From the NCBI GenBank assembly GCA_018398765.1, contig JAHBMJ010000041.1, positions 1 to 58,051 of the forward strand: a stretch of DNA of 58,051 nt, read 5' to 3'. Under the pieces are notes generated by a model. That model made no database searches. It was not told the origin of the DNA and saw only the letters and a program-made list of their open reading frames with translations. Positions within the stretch are counted from its first letter, which is position 1. Every line of letters begins with the position of its first letter. Of this stretch, positions 1 through 16,792 are shown piece by piece. The translations under genes were made by a program, and so were the position numbers. The stretch is from Chromera velia (taxonomy: Eukaryota).

Positions 1-32
1 AAAGAAAGAAAGAAAGAAAGAAAGAAAGAGAG

Positions 33-73
<41 letters not shown>

Positions 74-175
74 AAGAAAGAAAGACAGACAGACAGACAG
101 AAAGAAAAGAAAGAAAGAAAGAAAGGAAGAAAGACAGCCAGCCAGCAAGCCAGCCAGACAGACAGACAGACAGAC

Positions 176-218
<43 letters not shown>

Positions 219-320
219 AAGAAAGAAAGACAGACAGACAGACAGAAAGAAAAGAAAGAAAGAAAGAAAGGAAGAAAGACAGCCAGCCAGCAAGCCAGCC
301 AGACAGACAGACAGACAGAC

Positions 321-363
<43 letters not shown>

Positions 364-370
364 AAGAAAG
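1..370. repeat. Compound (AAAG)/(AG)/(ACAG)/(CCAG) microsatellite with a ~150-bp higher-order duplication, inside an ankyrin-gene intron
   Basis: The block ...ggaagaaagacagccagccagcaagccagccagacagacag... occurs twice (~125-185 and ~270-330). Confidence 0.9.
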
Positions 371-414
371 AGGACACGGACCGAACGTACCGAGATCAAA
401 TCAACTCTACCCAC

Positions 415-4040
<3,626 letters not shown>

Positions 4041-4750
4041 GATCTTTTTCTCCCCCGTGTCTCCACGTCGTTGCTTGATGTTTCACGAACAAGCCGCAAA
4101 ATCGTCTTCAGATCCACACGCAGCTCTCACCAACTACTCGAGTGCATGCGCTGCTTGCAGACAGGAGTCGAAGGCTTTCTCAAGGAAAAGAAGGACGCCA
4201 GGGAAGAGAACCAGCGTCTGCAGTTCAGACGTCATTCCTGCTGAATCCGACGACAATAAATTTCAAAGGGAGATCGTCGACAGCCGACACGCGTGTGGCA
4301 AATCCTCTCAATCGCACAAGCGGAGTGGCTGTAAAAGTCTCTGTGTGTATGCCCTGCTATTGTGTCACTGCTGCCTCACACATCAATAAAGCTGACGGAA
4401 ACAGTTGTCCGAGTGTCTTGACAATCAAGTCTCACTCCGGCATCGGTGACCCAAAAAATCAAACTTGGAGATGTGAGTCGCGATGAGCTGCGCGCGTGTG
4501 GTTGAGTTCCACGAATGGCAATGATAGTTCCTGAAGGCCCCGCAAAGATCGCGGACCCACCAAATTTGGCTCTTACATGGGAGAGCACTTCCCGAGATTA
4601 GAACATTTTTCGCTTTTATGGGAACTCGCTTTTTTGAGTTCCACGAATGGCGCTCTATCACACATCAAAATAATTTAATTTTGGGCCGGCAAATCTGCGT
4701 TCAGTCTCAGATGGCAAACTGTGGTCGAAGCACACCCTCTATGGTTTCAC

Positions 4751-4790
4751 TGCATGCATGTTGCATGCAACACATGGTGTTGTGCATGCA
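4751..4790. promoter_or_regulatory. Cluster of three TGCATGCA palindromes in the divergent ankyrin/GH32 intergenic region
   Basis: TGCATGCA at 4751, 4762 and 4783. This palindrome is a known ApiAP2-bound motif in apicomplexans; a function here is inferred. Confidence 0.45.
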
Positions 4791-5108
4791 TGGTGTTGTT
4801 CTCTTCACATGCAACATGCAACACCCTCAGTAGCAACAACTGTAACAACGCATGTTTTGTTGTATACATGACAAATAACATGAAACTCGATGCTGTTTCA
4901 ACTGGCCGGTTTTGAGTACTTGTACGTGGTGCCGGAAAGAAGATTTAGATTGTTCCATGATGCTTTTCGATCTCATGGGCGCACGTGACCATACGACCAT
5001 CCGGGAGACTGTCCCCTGCAACACGTACAGTGCATAACAATCTGTGGTATACGGAGAAAGAGAGCGCCTTGGAGCCTTCCTGATCCATTGCGGTGACATT
5101 TGCACGAA

Positions 5109-7965
5109 ATGGAACGGACATTCACAGTTCAGTTGGTGTTCTCCCTCCTCTTCTTTCTTATGGCCTCAGCTGTCCCTTCCTCAGAGCTTCTTTCTGAAGA
5201 AGGGAGAGCGAAAGTCAAAGGGGGAGTTTCGTTCTGGAAGTTCCGACCCCGCTTTCATTTTCTCGCACCTTCAGCATGGATCAATGATCCCTGTGGACCA
5301 TACTTTGATCCAAAAAAGCGCGAATATCACTTGTTCTTCCAGTACAACCCAAAGGACAGCGTCTGGGGGGATATTGTTTGGGGACATGCCGTTTCCCCTG
5401 ATAGTATCTTCTGGACAGACAAGGACATCCCTTTGAGTCTTGGGGACCAGTACGACAAACTGGCGTTATTCTCTGGGTCCGTTGTAGAGAGGGGTTACAG
5501 AGGGCTGCCCACGTTGTACTACACAGGCGCGAACAGTTTCCCCATCCATTGGACGAAACCATACATCCAAGGGTCAGAGCAGCAGGCAATGGCAATTTCA
5601 GAAGACGGGGGCGAGACGTGGCAGAAGTTTGAGGGAAACCCGCTGATCCCCTTGTCTCCTGTGGGAGAGCGCACGACCGGATTTAGGGATCCGTATGTTT
5701 TCAGAAGCAAAGAGTTTGACCGTCTCTTGGATTCTGGAAAGCAGGGGACAAAAGAGAGGGTTTATATGGTTGTAAATGGTGGAGAGAAGGACGGGAAGGG
5801 TGGGTATCTCGGTGGGCGTTTGTTCCTGTACATTTCAGAAGACTTCGCTGAATTTGAGTACGCTGGTGCTCTGTTCAGCCAGCCTGCGAGGGCAAAGATG
5901 GATGCTGTGTCTGGTGACTTCGGGTTCAACTTCGAGCTGTCGACCGTGTTCCCTCTGGAGGACTCAACCGGGAAGACCTGGCATGCGATTGTGCTTGGGA
6001 CAGAGGGGGGGCGGGACGGGAAGCATGGAGACCCTTGGAGCATGTGGGCTCTCTGTACGGCCGAGAAAAAAGGTGGGNAGAGACATTGTGTGGTTGCAAA
6101 GTAGCGTCAGTCCACGGTTTGGCAGGTCCTTCTGATTGTTTTCCTTCTCCTTCTGTTTGCCTTTTGGAGTGAGTGAGTGAGTCACTGAGAGAGCGTTCAA
6201 CTGAGTAAGTCTATGAGTGATCAATTGAGTGGGCGAGTGAGAATGTGAGAAAGCAAAAACTGAGTGGTTGAGTGAAAAACTGAGTGTGAGTGAGAATGAG
6301 TGAGAGTGAGAGTGAGTGATTGAGTGCGTGAGTGAGTGAGTGAGCGAACAACTGAGCGAGAAGGCAAGCAAGTGAGTGAGTGAGTGGGCTGGTGAATGAA
6401 TGCTTGAGTAAGTGAGAGAGTGTGAGCATGCGTGAGCTAGAAAGTGCTCGCTCCAACACGAAACCAGGGGGCCATTGGATCGATCAAAAATTCCTCGCTC
6501 GTATGCGTCCAAGAGAAGAATAACGGTCAGCCTTCGCAACGATGAAGATTGTTTTTTGTATGTGAAACGCAGGGGACGGAAAAAAAGAACGTGTGGAGCT
6601 GGAGCTTTTCCGCCACGGTGCGGGTGACTGGGGCACCTGGTACGCTGCGAATACATTCGAAGATCCGGTGACAGGCAAGCGGATCGCTCACGGGTGGGTG
6701 AATGAGGACGATACATTGGAGACGAGCAGGGCTCAGGGGTGGGCAGGAGTGTTGGGGATTCCTCGTGAAATATTTCTGCATGAGGCGACAGGGGTGATGA
6801 ATTGGAGCAGGTTTGGCAAAATGGCATCGTTCTGGCCCCAGAGGGAGAGAGGAGGAGACGGGGTGACAGCAACTGTCCGCACCCTCGGGGTGAGACCCTT
6901 GAGTGCGTTGAAAAACGCCAGGCAGAATGGTGTGCCTCCGAAGGTCCTCCCCTCTGGGCCTCTAGAGAAGGTCCACTTCGAGGGGGTGGAGGGGAAGAGC
7001 TTTGAACTCCAGGCCTCGTTGAGAGTCGGTCCGGGGGTGCGTGCGGGTTTCACTGTCCGGGGTGACTCCGAGAGGAGAGAGGAGACGGTGGTCTTCTACG
7101 ACTCAGACAAAGAGTCCATCATCATCGACAGGTCACGCAGCTCCACTGACCCAGAAGGAATCTACAACTTGGATCTTGAGGTCAGATGAGACGGCCAGAC
7201 AGACTATATGTTTCTCGAATTTCTTCTCCCCCCTTTTCTCGACGGCTAGACACACAGACAGACAGACAGACATACAGACAGGCAGGCAGGCGTTCAGTAA
7301 CCCGACTTGAAGCACGCTCCAAAGTCCTCAGTCGCGGAAGAATTGACGATTCCAGGTGAGAGAGAGAAAGACCAGTGTTTGAAAGAAAAAGTGCTACAGC
7401 TTTTCACCACCAAATTCTTTGTTGTGCTGGTTTTCCGTCTTTTCTGAACGAAGATAGGGGATTGTGAGTTCCATACAGGAAAGACGAAGGATCATTCTTC
7501 TCGACTGTGCCTGGTGCAGGAAGGGTTCCTTCCTTTGTACGAAGTCGGTGTGGGAGGGGAGAAGGAAACCCTTGATCTGCATATTCTTGTTGACAATTCT
7601 ATCGTGGAGGTTTTTGCCAACGAGCGCTTCGCCCTGTCCTCGAGGGTCTACCCGATGGGGGAGGGGGCAGTGAAGACTGGAGGATTCTTCGAGGGGGGNN
7701 NNNNNNNNNNNNNNNNNNNNNNNNNNNNNNNNNNNNNNNNNNNNNNNNNNNNNNGGGGGGGGGGGAGGGGAGCAAGCGGGTGGCAGAGATGGTGTCAGGT
7801 GTTGTGTGGACGGAGTTTGAATTTGTTTTTCCGGATCGCCCAGAGGGACCCGAGACTGAAATGAGGCTCGGGGGAGAGGGGATGGAGGACAGAGAAGACA
7901 ACGTCCGAAAGTCCGCAGGGCAGAAGAACGGGTTTCTGGAGGAGGAGGCACAGCTGCTGGCGTGA
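5109..7965 (+). CDS. Secreted glycoside hydrolase family 32 (beta-fructofuranosidase/invertase/fructosyltransferase-like)
   Basis: Exons 5109-6072, 6573-7180 and 7520-7965 (the last spans an N gap at 7699-7754; the frame after the gap is inferred from VWTEFEFVFPDRP). Signal-peptide-like N-terminus; GH32 motifs RPRFHF, WINDP (nucleophile), HLFFQYNP, WGHAVS, FSGS, FRDP, GFNFE (acid/base), DWG.WYA, and C-terminal beta-sandwich VDNSIVEVFAN...RVYP. Intron phases (1, 0) are compatible. Confidence 0.95.
6167..6435. repeat. Degenerate (GTGA)n microsatellite in GH32 intron 1
   Basis: gagtgagtgagt... array. Confidence 0.9.
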
Positions 7966-8579
7966 GGCTGGTCTCTGTTCGCTCATTTGTTTTTTTGCAA
8001 CTAGATGATTCAACGTATACATCGGAGTGTCGGAAAGGTCTGCAGTTGGGGAGTAGGGGGCATCGGAAACTTGACTGAGACGCTGCCTGATGCAGCTGAG
8101 ACAGCCTCAATTTCAGTCTGTCAAATCAAACAAGCACAGAGTGTCGTTGAATTGCAGTCGAGGTAAGTCGAAGCCCTCGAGGCAGTTCCCGCACACCAAC
8201 GAGAGGGAACTACAGAGAGATCTTTTGAATGTAATAATTCATGCATGTGATTGTTTTATATTGTTTTCAGACAGATTTCGTCTGTTCTCTATGTATGCGC
8301 ATCAAGAGAGAAATACGGAATCAAATACGATACTTGGAAACAAGAACACTCATTATAATGTTTTGTATTATTTTTTTGATTTGTCTTTAGCGTACTTTAG
8401 CGCTAGTTTTAGCACTCTTGCAATGACGGAAGGTCATAGAATTTGATTTACATATAAATCTTTTTAGTAACTTTAGATCGTACTGAAAAAAAAATATGTG
8501 ATTGACACTTATGCAGAAAGCGCCAATATAAGAAATAACCAATACAAGAAAAAGATTGAAATGAAGCTAAAGCACGACA

Positions 8580-8876
8580 TGAACCTAAATGCGACTTAAA
8601 AAAATATAATGAAGATGATCTTAGATAATCTCTATTTGCAGCATCGTTTTTTAAGAGACCATCTACGCCTGCGCTGTAGACAGTCAAGACACCGTCCAGA
8701 TATATATGCGGCTTTGGCTTTCAAAACACCATAAATGATCCGCGCCTGCAGCGCCGCCGGCACGGACTTTTAAGTTTATCTAAAAATGCGGCTTAAACTT
8801 TTAAGTGGTAGTATTAAAGACTGACTTTAAAGTGGTAGTTCAGTTTAAGAAGGTCGATAAAAAGTTTAGGGAGGTC
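8580..8876 (+). mobile_element. Degenerate copy of the GACCTCCCTGAACCTAA-TIR MITE family
   Basis: Internal sequence is colinear with 35617-35853. The left TIR is truncated and the right end is partly duplicated, ending ...gggaggtc. Confidence 0.8.
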
Positions 8877-9714
8877 GTGAAGACCGTGCATTGGTCTGGT
8901 TCTGGAAAGACGGGGTGTAACAGGGTGTTAGGGTGTCTCCAGCTATCTCTAGCAGTCTTTGATTTTTTTTTTTCGTTTATTTTCGTTTTACCGGGTTTTA
9001 TCGCCTAGACTTGTATGCTTTGAAGGCGTTAAATCAGATGCCAAGTACTCAAGTTACTTTAATTCTAAAATTCAAAAAAGAAATACTGGGCAGAACAATG
9101 CTTTGAAAAAAAAAATATCGTACGCCAGGGGCGAGTGGGGTGTTTTTTGCCCCCGTAAAGCGGCGTATTTCCATAAAAAACTCGTTTTCATAATTGGTAA
9201 GGAGTTAGAAGCTGAAACTCTTCTCTCAAAGTCTCAATTCTTTCTCTCCCTTTCTCTCTTGCATTTCAATACTAAAACTCATTTCGTTTTTAGCAGCATT
9301 TTGCCCCTTTGCCAGATGGCCTCAGATCTAGCCTCAGATCGGAATGAGAAAGTCATTCAGATAAAGGAAAAATGATGCCGCGTATGCTTTTTCTTCAATT
9401 ATAAACCGTTTGCGGCACAGGCTAGACCTGTGCGGGCCAGCCAAGGAGGTCTGATGCATCTAGGCACTTTCCTTGGAAACTGCACGTCGGACATTCGGCA
9501 TTCGGGCGGGAGGCCAATCCTCCGAACATAAATCCTAATCCTAATCCTAATCACTTATCACTAGACTTATCACTTAACCAACTCGGACCATTAAACGCAA
9601 ACAGGTACTTAAGAATATAGACATAGTGTGATAGTGATAGTGATTTAATTAGTGCCCTTGGTAGAGCACATATAGTTACATACACTAGCACATACAGTAT
9701 CACACGAATCACAA

Positions 9715-12150
9715 TTATTAATTGATTGATTGAAGGGTTTCATACAGTATGTCCATCTGATTGATTCCGCTATTCAGTAATAAGTGATTTAGTGGTGCCC
9801 TGGAGCACTGTCGCCGTTTTGTCTTTGTTTAGAGGTCGCCCCCGCAAACGGCAGGGGGTTGTGCATCATTGCTGAGGCTCAGACCACACCCCGTGGCCCG
9901 CCTGGTTTCCCAGGCCGCGATCCACTAACAACTGTTCTGAACTTTGTAGGCTTTGGGCCGCTGGCTGAGAGGGAGCCATTCCAAAGATAACACCAATGAC
10001 ACCAGACGATAGGGCATTTCGGCTTTGTTGGCGCGCTTCCTGCATCCTTCTCTCTGCTTTGCTCTCTCCTCCCGCTCGCATCTTCCTCCCCTTTTCCATT
10101 GCTTCCAGAATATTTTTGTATTCTTCTTTTCTTCTTTCCTCTCCTCCCCTTCTCTTTGTGATTACTCCGTGCCTTTGTGCCTGTACCGTCTCATCCAGTA
10201 AGCTTCCCGGTGCGTACCTTCCTGGTCTCTCCTTAAAGACTCTTCTGCGGAATGCTGCCTTCCCGAGAAACTCATCCATCGCGGGATGCCCTTCATTCAT
10301 CAAAAAGGCAAAAAGAGCGTCCGTTCGAGGGGTTCTTTCTCCCCCCCTTTCTCTCTGCAAATTTCTGTGGCTCTCTTTTCTCTCTTCTCGTTCCAATCTC
10401 TTTGCAACGCTTCATACATTTTTGCTCTCTCTTGGTCGTACACTGGCCGGGCATTCTGTCAACATATGGATCTCATCGTCCAGCACCTCTTTATCCATCC
10501 ATCCTTCACAGAACGGGCACAGCTAGTCTCTTCTCCAATGGTACCCTCTGTTTTCCTTTCTGTGGCACCTTCTCCTTTGTTGCTGCCAGCGTTCTGTCTC
10601 CCACTCTGCAAGCCGCTCTTCTCTTATGCTCGTTAGTCTTCCGTAACAAAATGGTACCCTTCCTAGCTTTTCTTTCTCTATTCTTATTCCTTCTCTTGGT
10701 CTATCTTCTGATGTTTTCCCGAACAAAGAGAGGTGGAGTCTGTTTCCGTTTGCTTTTGTTCTGTGCGGTTCTGTGTATGTCTGCCATGTGAACTAGGGGG
10801 AGAGGCAAATAAGAATTGAGACAACTTGAAGCATATGGGCCAATTTGAAAGCGACTGCAACTGAACAGCCGGTAGCTGAGTACTGGAGAATCAGGATGTC
10901 GCGTTTTTTTCGCTTCATCTTGACTATCTTCTTTCTGTCCATGTGCAACAGGAGATGGAAAACGATCCTGGATCGATGTGTGAGGGGTTCAAATACTAAC
11001 GGTCGACAAACACCACAATTGAAAAAAGCGGCACAGGGAGAGTCACACACACGACAGACAGACAGAGAAGGAACACATAGAAACGTAAATTGCGAAAGAA
11101 GGAAGGATACAAAGATGACGAGAAGGAGGCAGAGGGCCGAGCGAAGGGGGTGACGGAGAGACTGCAGATGGTAAAACTTTCCTTCGAAACCAACCTGTTG
11201 CTGCCGCTGCTACTTGCTGCCAGAGAGGACCAGGAAATCGGTCACTGCAAGCAACATAAGGGGTTGCAAGAGAAGTGAGTAGAGAATCTGTGTGCCTTTC
11301 TACCCACCCGATACCTATCTATTCTGACTAACATATCCGTTCTCTCTGTCTGTACTTGTGCCTATCTCTTCCATATCCCAACTCGGTCTTTACACACACT
11401 ATCTGCATCAATCAAGCTCCTCTCTTCACTCGCTCTTCTAGGCCTCTCTTCCCAAAGTCCTTCATAGCACAACTATCTAATTCATTAGCCCTGTAGCCCT
11501 TTCTGTTCCTCTCTTTTCCTTTGTAGCCGTTTAGCCTTCTACACCTGTCTAAAGCTCCGTTCTCCAAAGCATATTTCTCTATCTCCTCCTAAGCTCGGCC
11601 CGGCTCAGCCGACTAGCTGACACTACCTGCCTCTATGTATACTACACTAACCCCTCTGCACCCTTCTACACTAAGCTGCTGGTGGTTTTCTTCCTCGGGC
11701 CCAAACAGAGTTGTCTGTGTTTGCCTTGCTTCTGCGCACCAAGATGCGACTGAAGGAGCAAGCGCTGGCGACCTCACCGAAGGTGACCTACATTTCTTGC
11801 ATAGCGTCACTCGGCGGCTTGCCCACTTCCAGCTTTTGAAAGTGGGGGTCTGTCTGTCTGTCTGTCTGACTGTCTGTCTGTCTGTCTGCCTATCTGACTG
11901 CCTATCTGACCTGCGAGCCCAATACGAAAGGTCGCGACCATAGACCTCTAATGAGTATGAGGGATGCAAGGTTCCTTTTGAGAACACGAGCCTGGGTCCT
12001 TTCTAGAAGGGCCAGAAAAACTAGCCCCACAGCAGATGAATGTTGCAGCTCTTTAGTCAATCAGACTGGAAGTCTGACCTGGAGGCCGTTGCCTGATGTG
12101 TCCCCTCCTGGCGAGGTCTTCCCAGCCTGAATTTGACCATCTGCATTTAT
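9715..12150 (-). mobile_element. Decayed 5'-truncated non-LTR retrotransposon (CR1/L2-like)
   Basis: Minus strand encodes the C-terminal knuckle LCPFCEGWMDKEVLDDEIHMLTECP (~10440-10525) and a degenerate RT-thumb region (~11610-12000). The 3' end reads AAACCCTTCAATCAATCAAT, a (TCAA)n tail at ~9720. The 5' boundary is approximate. Confidence 0.7.
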
Positions 12151-13428
12151 TAATAGTACGAAAGACATAACAGCAAAAAGTGGAAGTATGTATTTCTACG
12201 TTTTCGGTGTCGACAGTTACCAGTCCAGCTCTACTAACTGATGTAGAGGCAATCTGAGAAAGGTAAGAGAGAGAGGAACAGAGACCGGGGAGGCGCCGGG
12301 GATGTATATGTACAACACAACGCCGACTTTAATTTACGAGGGAATGCGAGTTACTCTCTGAGCGAGGGAATGCGAGTTACTCTCTGAACCTGCTGGAACT
12401 TCACTGTATTAGCTTTGCGGAATAGACTCTTTGCAAATGAGGTTGAGATAACAAAGGTTTGATGGAGCTTCAGAAGACCACATTCATGCAGGCAGAAGAG
12501 AAAAAGTACATGAGGATTGTCATGCTGCTTGCGTAGACACCTGCATGCGGCCAACTTAATTGTCGTGAGACCCTTTTTCTATTTCTCTGCTTCTTTCCGT
12601 CTCTTGGAAAACCTCGCATACAAATTGAGGCTGAGAAGGAGGTCTCTCACACACCTTCTCAATGCAGAATCCCCCCTCAGAGAAAATGGAGAAAGAGAAG
12701 GCGGCCCTTTTGTGAGCAGAACTGCTCTGTAGTCCCGGTCAAGGCGCCCACACACCAAAGCTCAGCGGACTCCGTGTATCGCTTGCTATTAAGTATATGT
12801 GCGCTGCAAATGTCCTCCATTCTCTTGGGTAGCTGTGTCGATCAATCTGGTTCGATCATGAACTGAGTGTCGAAGATTGTTGATCGAGCGAGTGATCGAG
12901 AGATGAAGATATATACAGCATGATACAGCTGGAAATAGTTGGAAAGAAAGAGAATCATCCTGACCCCCCCATGGGGCTGCTGCGGCGGTGGCCGGGGCCC
13001 CGGAAAGCGAAGCGGGGGGCACTTACCAAACTCTCCCATGGTCCCGGAAAGCGTCAGATAATTGCGTGCGTCAAATTTATTTGCGCGCGCATGCAGACGA
13101 AAATCGGATCTGCGTGGATTGAAGTGCGCCCTTTGAAGCAATGCCCTATAACTGCCTCACCTGAATCATTCTGTCGAAACTTCATCATTAGTGCATCAAT
13201 TCTGTGAGTTTTCTTCATATAGTCCAAATTCCCTTGTCTTTTGACATAGATACGCATTCGCCTGACCGCCATTTCGAGGTTCGTGCCCTCCTTGCAAAGC
13301 GGCAGTCGAGCAACAGGAACCGTTGCCATTTGACTTGACTGACTGTTCATTTGGAGGCCCTCTCGTGTCTCGTGCATATTCATCAGGAGGTCTTAACTAC
13401 AGACTCACACTCTTTCTGACGTTCTAAC

Positions 13429-16400
13429 ATGTCTTACTCACCCGTGGACGGCAGGCCGGCTGCCTCCCACGGGCGGTCGTCCAGTGGGAAGTCGAAGGCC
13501 GAGGAGAAGCCTTCTTGCTGGCAGAAGACGAAGAAGTTCTTCGGCACAGCGATGGAAGTGAGAGATAAGGCGCTCGATAGGTTCGGAGACTGGTTTGCAA
13601 TCCTTGCAATGGCCATCTGGAAGTATCCTTGGCTGGTCAGTCGGCGTGGCAAAGACCGGATAGTTGCTTTTGCTGTTTGTATATCTTGTTTCTGGATTTG
13701 CGATCGGATCTATGCAACACAGATCTTCACTGTGCCCTTGTTGCCTCCCCTGCCTGTTTGCAGACTATCATCGGATCTGTCCTTCTGTGTGTCATCTTCT
13801 GCATCGGTCAGTCCACTGAAATGTATCCGGGCACTCGCTGTTTACACTCATCAACACCTGCTGTAGAGTCAAAGCAAAAGTGTCTGACCTTTGTCTCTCC
13901 CATTTATTCCCCATTCCAGGTCTGCTCCCCGGTTTCTTCGGCCGAGTCGAGGGAGCCGAAGCTCTGTACTCTCTCCCGAGCTCTGAGGCCAGAGACGCCC
14001 AGGCAATCTTCCTGGAGAGGTTCCCTGAGAGCAACATGAGGGCCAACACTCTGATCTTGACTTCCTCTGCTGGGGATGGAAGGAACATTCTCACTTACGA
14101 CTTCCTAGAAAAAGTCACGGGCATCGATCGGTGAGTCAATCAGGCGCAGAAGAAAGCAGAGGAGGGTTGCCCTGACAGAATGGGGAATTCCGGAAGATCC
14201 AACAGCGTTTCGGGCATTCACACACCTTTTGCGACGCCGAGAAGTACAAGCCAGAGAAGAGAGGAGAAGAGAAGAGGAGAGAAGTGAGGAGAAGAAGGGG
14301 AAAGGCACAAAATGAAAAACGAGAGGCGTGTAATGATATCAGGTTAACCTGGTTGTAAGATCATTCTCTGTTTCACAGTTGAATGAATATGGGAAGAGGC
14401 CCTCCCTATCTTAAAACACTCGGCACGGCTTTCTAAGCGTGCTGTATGAGCCATGGTGTGCCAGTCCCCCTCCTCTTTTTGTTTTCTCTTTGCGCCTGTT
14501 TGAATCTCAACGGTGCTTTCCAACTTTGCCACTCCAATCGTTGCATTGCAGGCTTGTGAGGGGGAAGGCAAGAAACCCGAAGACCAACAAGAACCTGTTC
14601 TTCGATGATGCGGAGACGGGCGAACGTGTGGAGTACGAAGACGTGCGTCCGTCAGCTTTTGTTTGTTCACTGATGTAATGTAATTACGGGCTTTTTGTGA
14701 GCAACAGCGAGAGGGGTGGGCAGCATGCGGTGGAGGCGACAGCTGACAGTGTGAAGGGAAATCAGCCGTGCTCTTGTCGGTCTGTCTGTCCTGCCTCCTC
14801 TTTGGTCTCTCTGTTCTGTTTTTGTACTCATTGCTTGTTTTCTCCTGTTTTCTCTGGTGTCTTGAGTACAACGAATGAATCTTCTCCAAATCCTTTTTTT
14901 TCCTTCCCTTGACTTCCCTCGCAGGTCTGCCCCCGGCTGCCAACCGGTGTGTGTGATGTTCAGGGCGTCCTTGCAATGACGGCCAACCTGGGTGCAGTGG
15001 AGGGGGTCAACTGCACTGCGTCATCCCCGGGGGCAGCCACGGATCCTTTCTGTGACGTGCCCCCCCACCTGCACGTGCAGCAAACGCAAATTGACGCTTT
15101 GGATCAGATCGTCACAGAGGCAGAAGCAAGAATGTCCATTCTTCCAGACTACGACAGAGAGACCTTTATCGAAGCCGGAGAACTCGAGCAAAGGCTGGGA
15201 CTGGACCAGAACAGACCGGAAATCTACGTGTTTGGGGGTTTGGTATTCAACCCGGTAGGTCTCTTTGACTGTCTATCTGCTTCTGTATCTATCAGTCACC
15301 TTTTTGTGCGTCTCTCTGGGTATCTGTGGCTTTGTTTTTTCGTCGCTCTCCCTTCACCCTCCTGTGTTCCCCCCCATCTCTTTCTCTTTCCATTTAGAGA
15401 GTCGCATCTTCTCTCTCTGCATACATTTATTTATGTTCCTTTGTCCTTCCTTCCCTCCTTTCTGCAGTGGACCTCCAGGGCGTTTGTGCCTGAGTACCTG
15501 CTCGGTGGGATCAAAAAAGAGCGTTGCTACAGGCTCTTCCGACTCTCTGATATCGAATCCGTGGCAGACACCTCTCAGGCTGACGAGATCGTCTTCACAG
15601 CCCCGTTCGGAAACGGAATCCCCGTGAACCTCACAGCAGAAGCAGGCCTCGGGATGATGGACGTGCGTGAGTCGATCAGACAGAAAGAAAGGTTGACTGC
15701 ATGCCTGTGTGGGGCCTATCCAGTAGCTGAAGGAAGTCGCTTTGGACACTTCAAAAGAGCGAGAAAGGGGCACCGTTTCTTTTCGTGGAGTCGTGTGCAT
15801 TGCTCGCGATGCCGTCTCTCTTGCTCGTTCCGTGCGAAAAACTCTTCTTCATTTCTGAAATGGAAAATTATAAGTCCAACACGGCACACCACCCTGCTCT
15901 TGCCACGCGCGTGACACGAAAGCGTGTCCTGCATTTCACAAAACGACAAATGAGAGAGGTTTCATTCGGGTTGATTGGTAATATAACCCTCTGAATCTTT
16001 GTTTCCTTCGTTTTTTGCAGGTCGAGTGCATCACTGAGACGTCAGCCTATCTGATGCTCTACAACACAAAGAACGCAACAGTGGAGGAAGTGGAGAGGTC
16101 CAAGGGGTGGGAGAATGCTCTTCTCACAGTGAGTCCAGCACCAGCAATGGTTTCTTCAGTTGTTTACCCCCTTCCTCATTTATTGTTTCTTTCTTTCTTT
16201 CTTTCTTTCTTTCTTTCCTTCCTTCCTTCCTTCCTTCTTTGTTTCTGGCCTACGTGCAACCTTTCGAAGGCGTACGGATCTTGAGAATGGCATAACAGCA
16301 CCCAAAACCTCTTTCACCCTTTTTCTCCCCCCTCCTTCCTTTCCTCCCTTCCTCCATGCAGGTGTTCGAGGACTTCGACCCTCCTGAGGGTATGGAGATC

Positions 16401-16436
16401 TTCTATACTGCCTTCAGGTCAGACACACAGACAGAC

Positions 16437-16471
<35 letters not shown>

Positions 16472-16758
16472 AGCCTTAATTGGTGTGTGTGGGGGGGTGG
16501 AGGAAACAAAAGCAGGGACTCTGGAGCGTATCGAGGGAATACTAAAGCCACGATCAATCGCACCTTGCATGCCACATCATTACGATGAAAGTGCCTCTCT
16601 CACTTGGAATGAGCAAAGAAAAGCCCGTGCTGAGTAGACGTTTTGTAGTCCATAGACTGCGGGTATTTTGCCCTTTTGCCTGAGTATCAGCGTACCTTGA
16701 TGCCCGTCTGTCTGTCTGTCTGTGGAGAAGAAGAAGAAACATATAGTCTCTCTGTTTC

Positions 16759-16792
<34 letters not shown>

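Noticed and set aside
9445..9500. Hammerhead-ribozyme-like CTGATG...GAAAC
   Set aside because: The core reads CTGATGC rather than CTGANGA, and the required stems cannot be formed.
12338..12388. 26-bp tandem duplication cgagggaatgcgagttactctctga
   Set aside because: Simple local duplication with no evidence of function.
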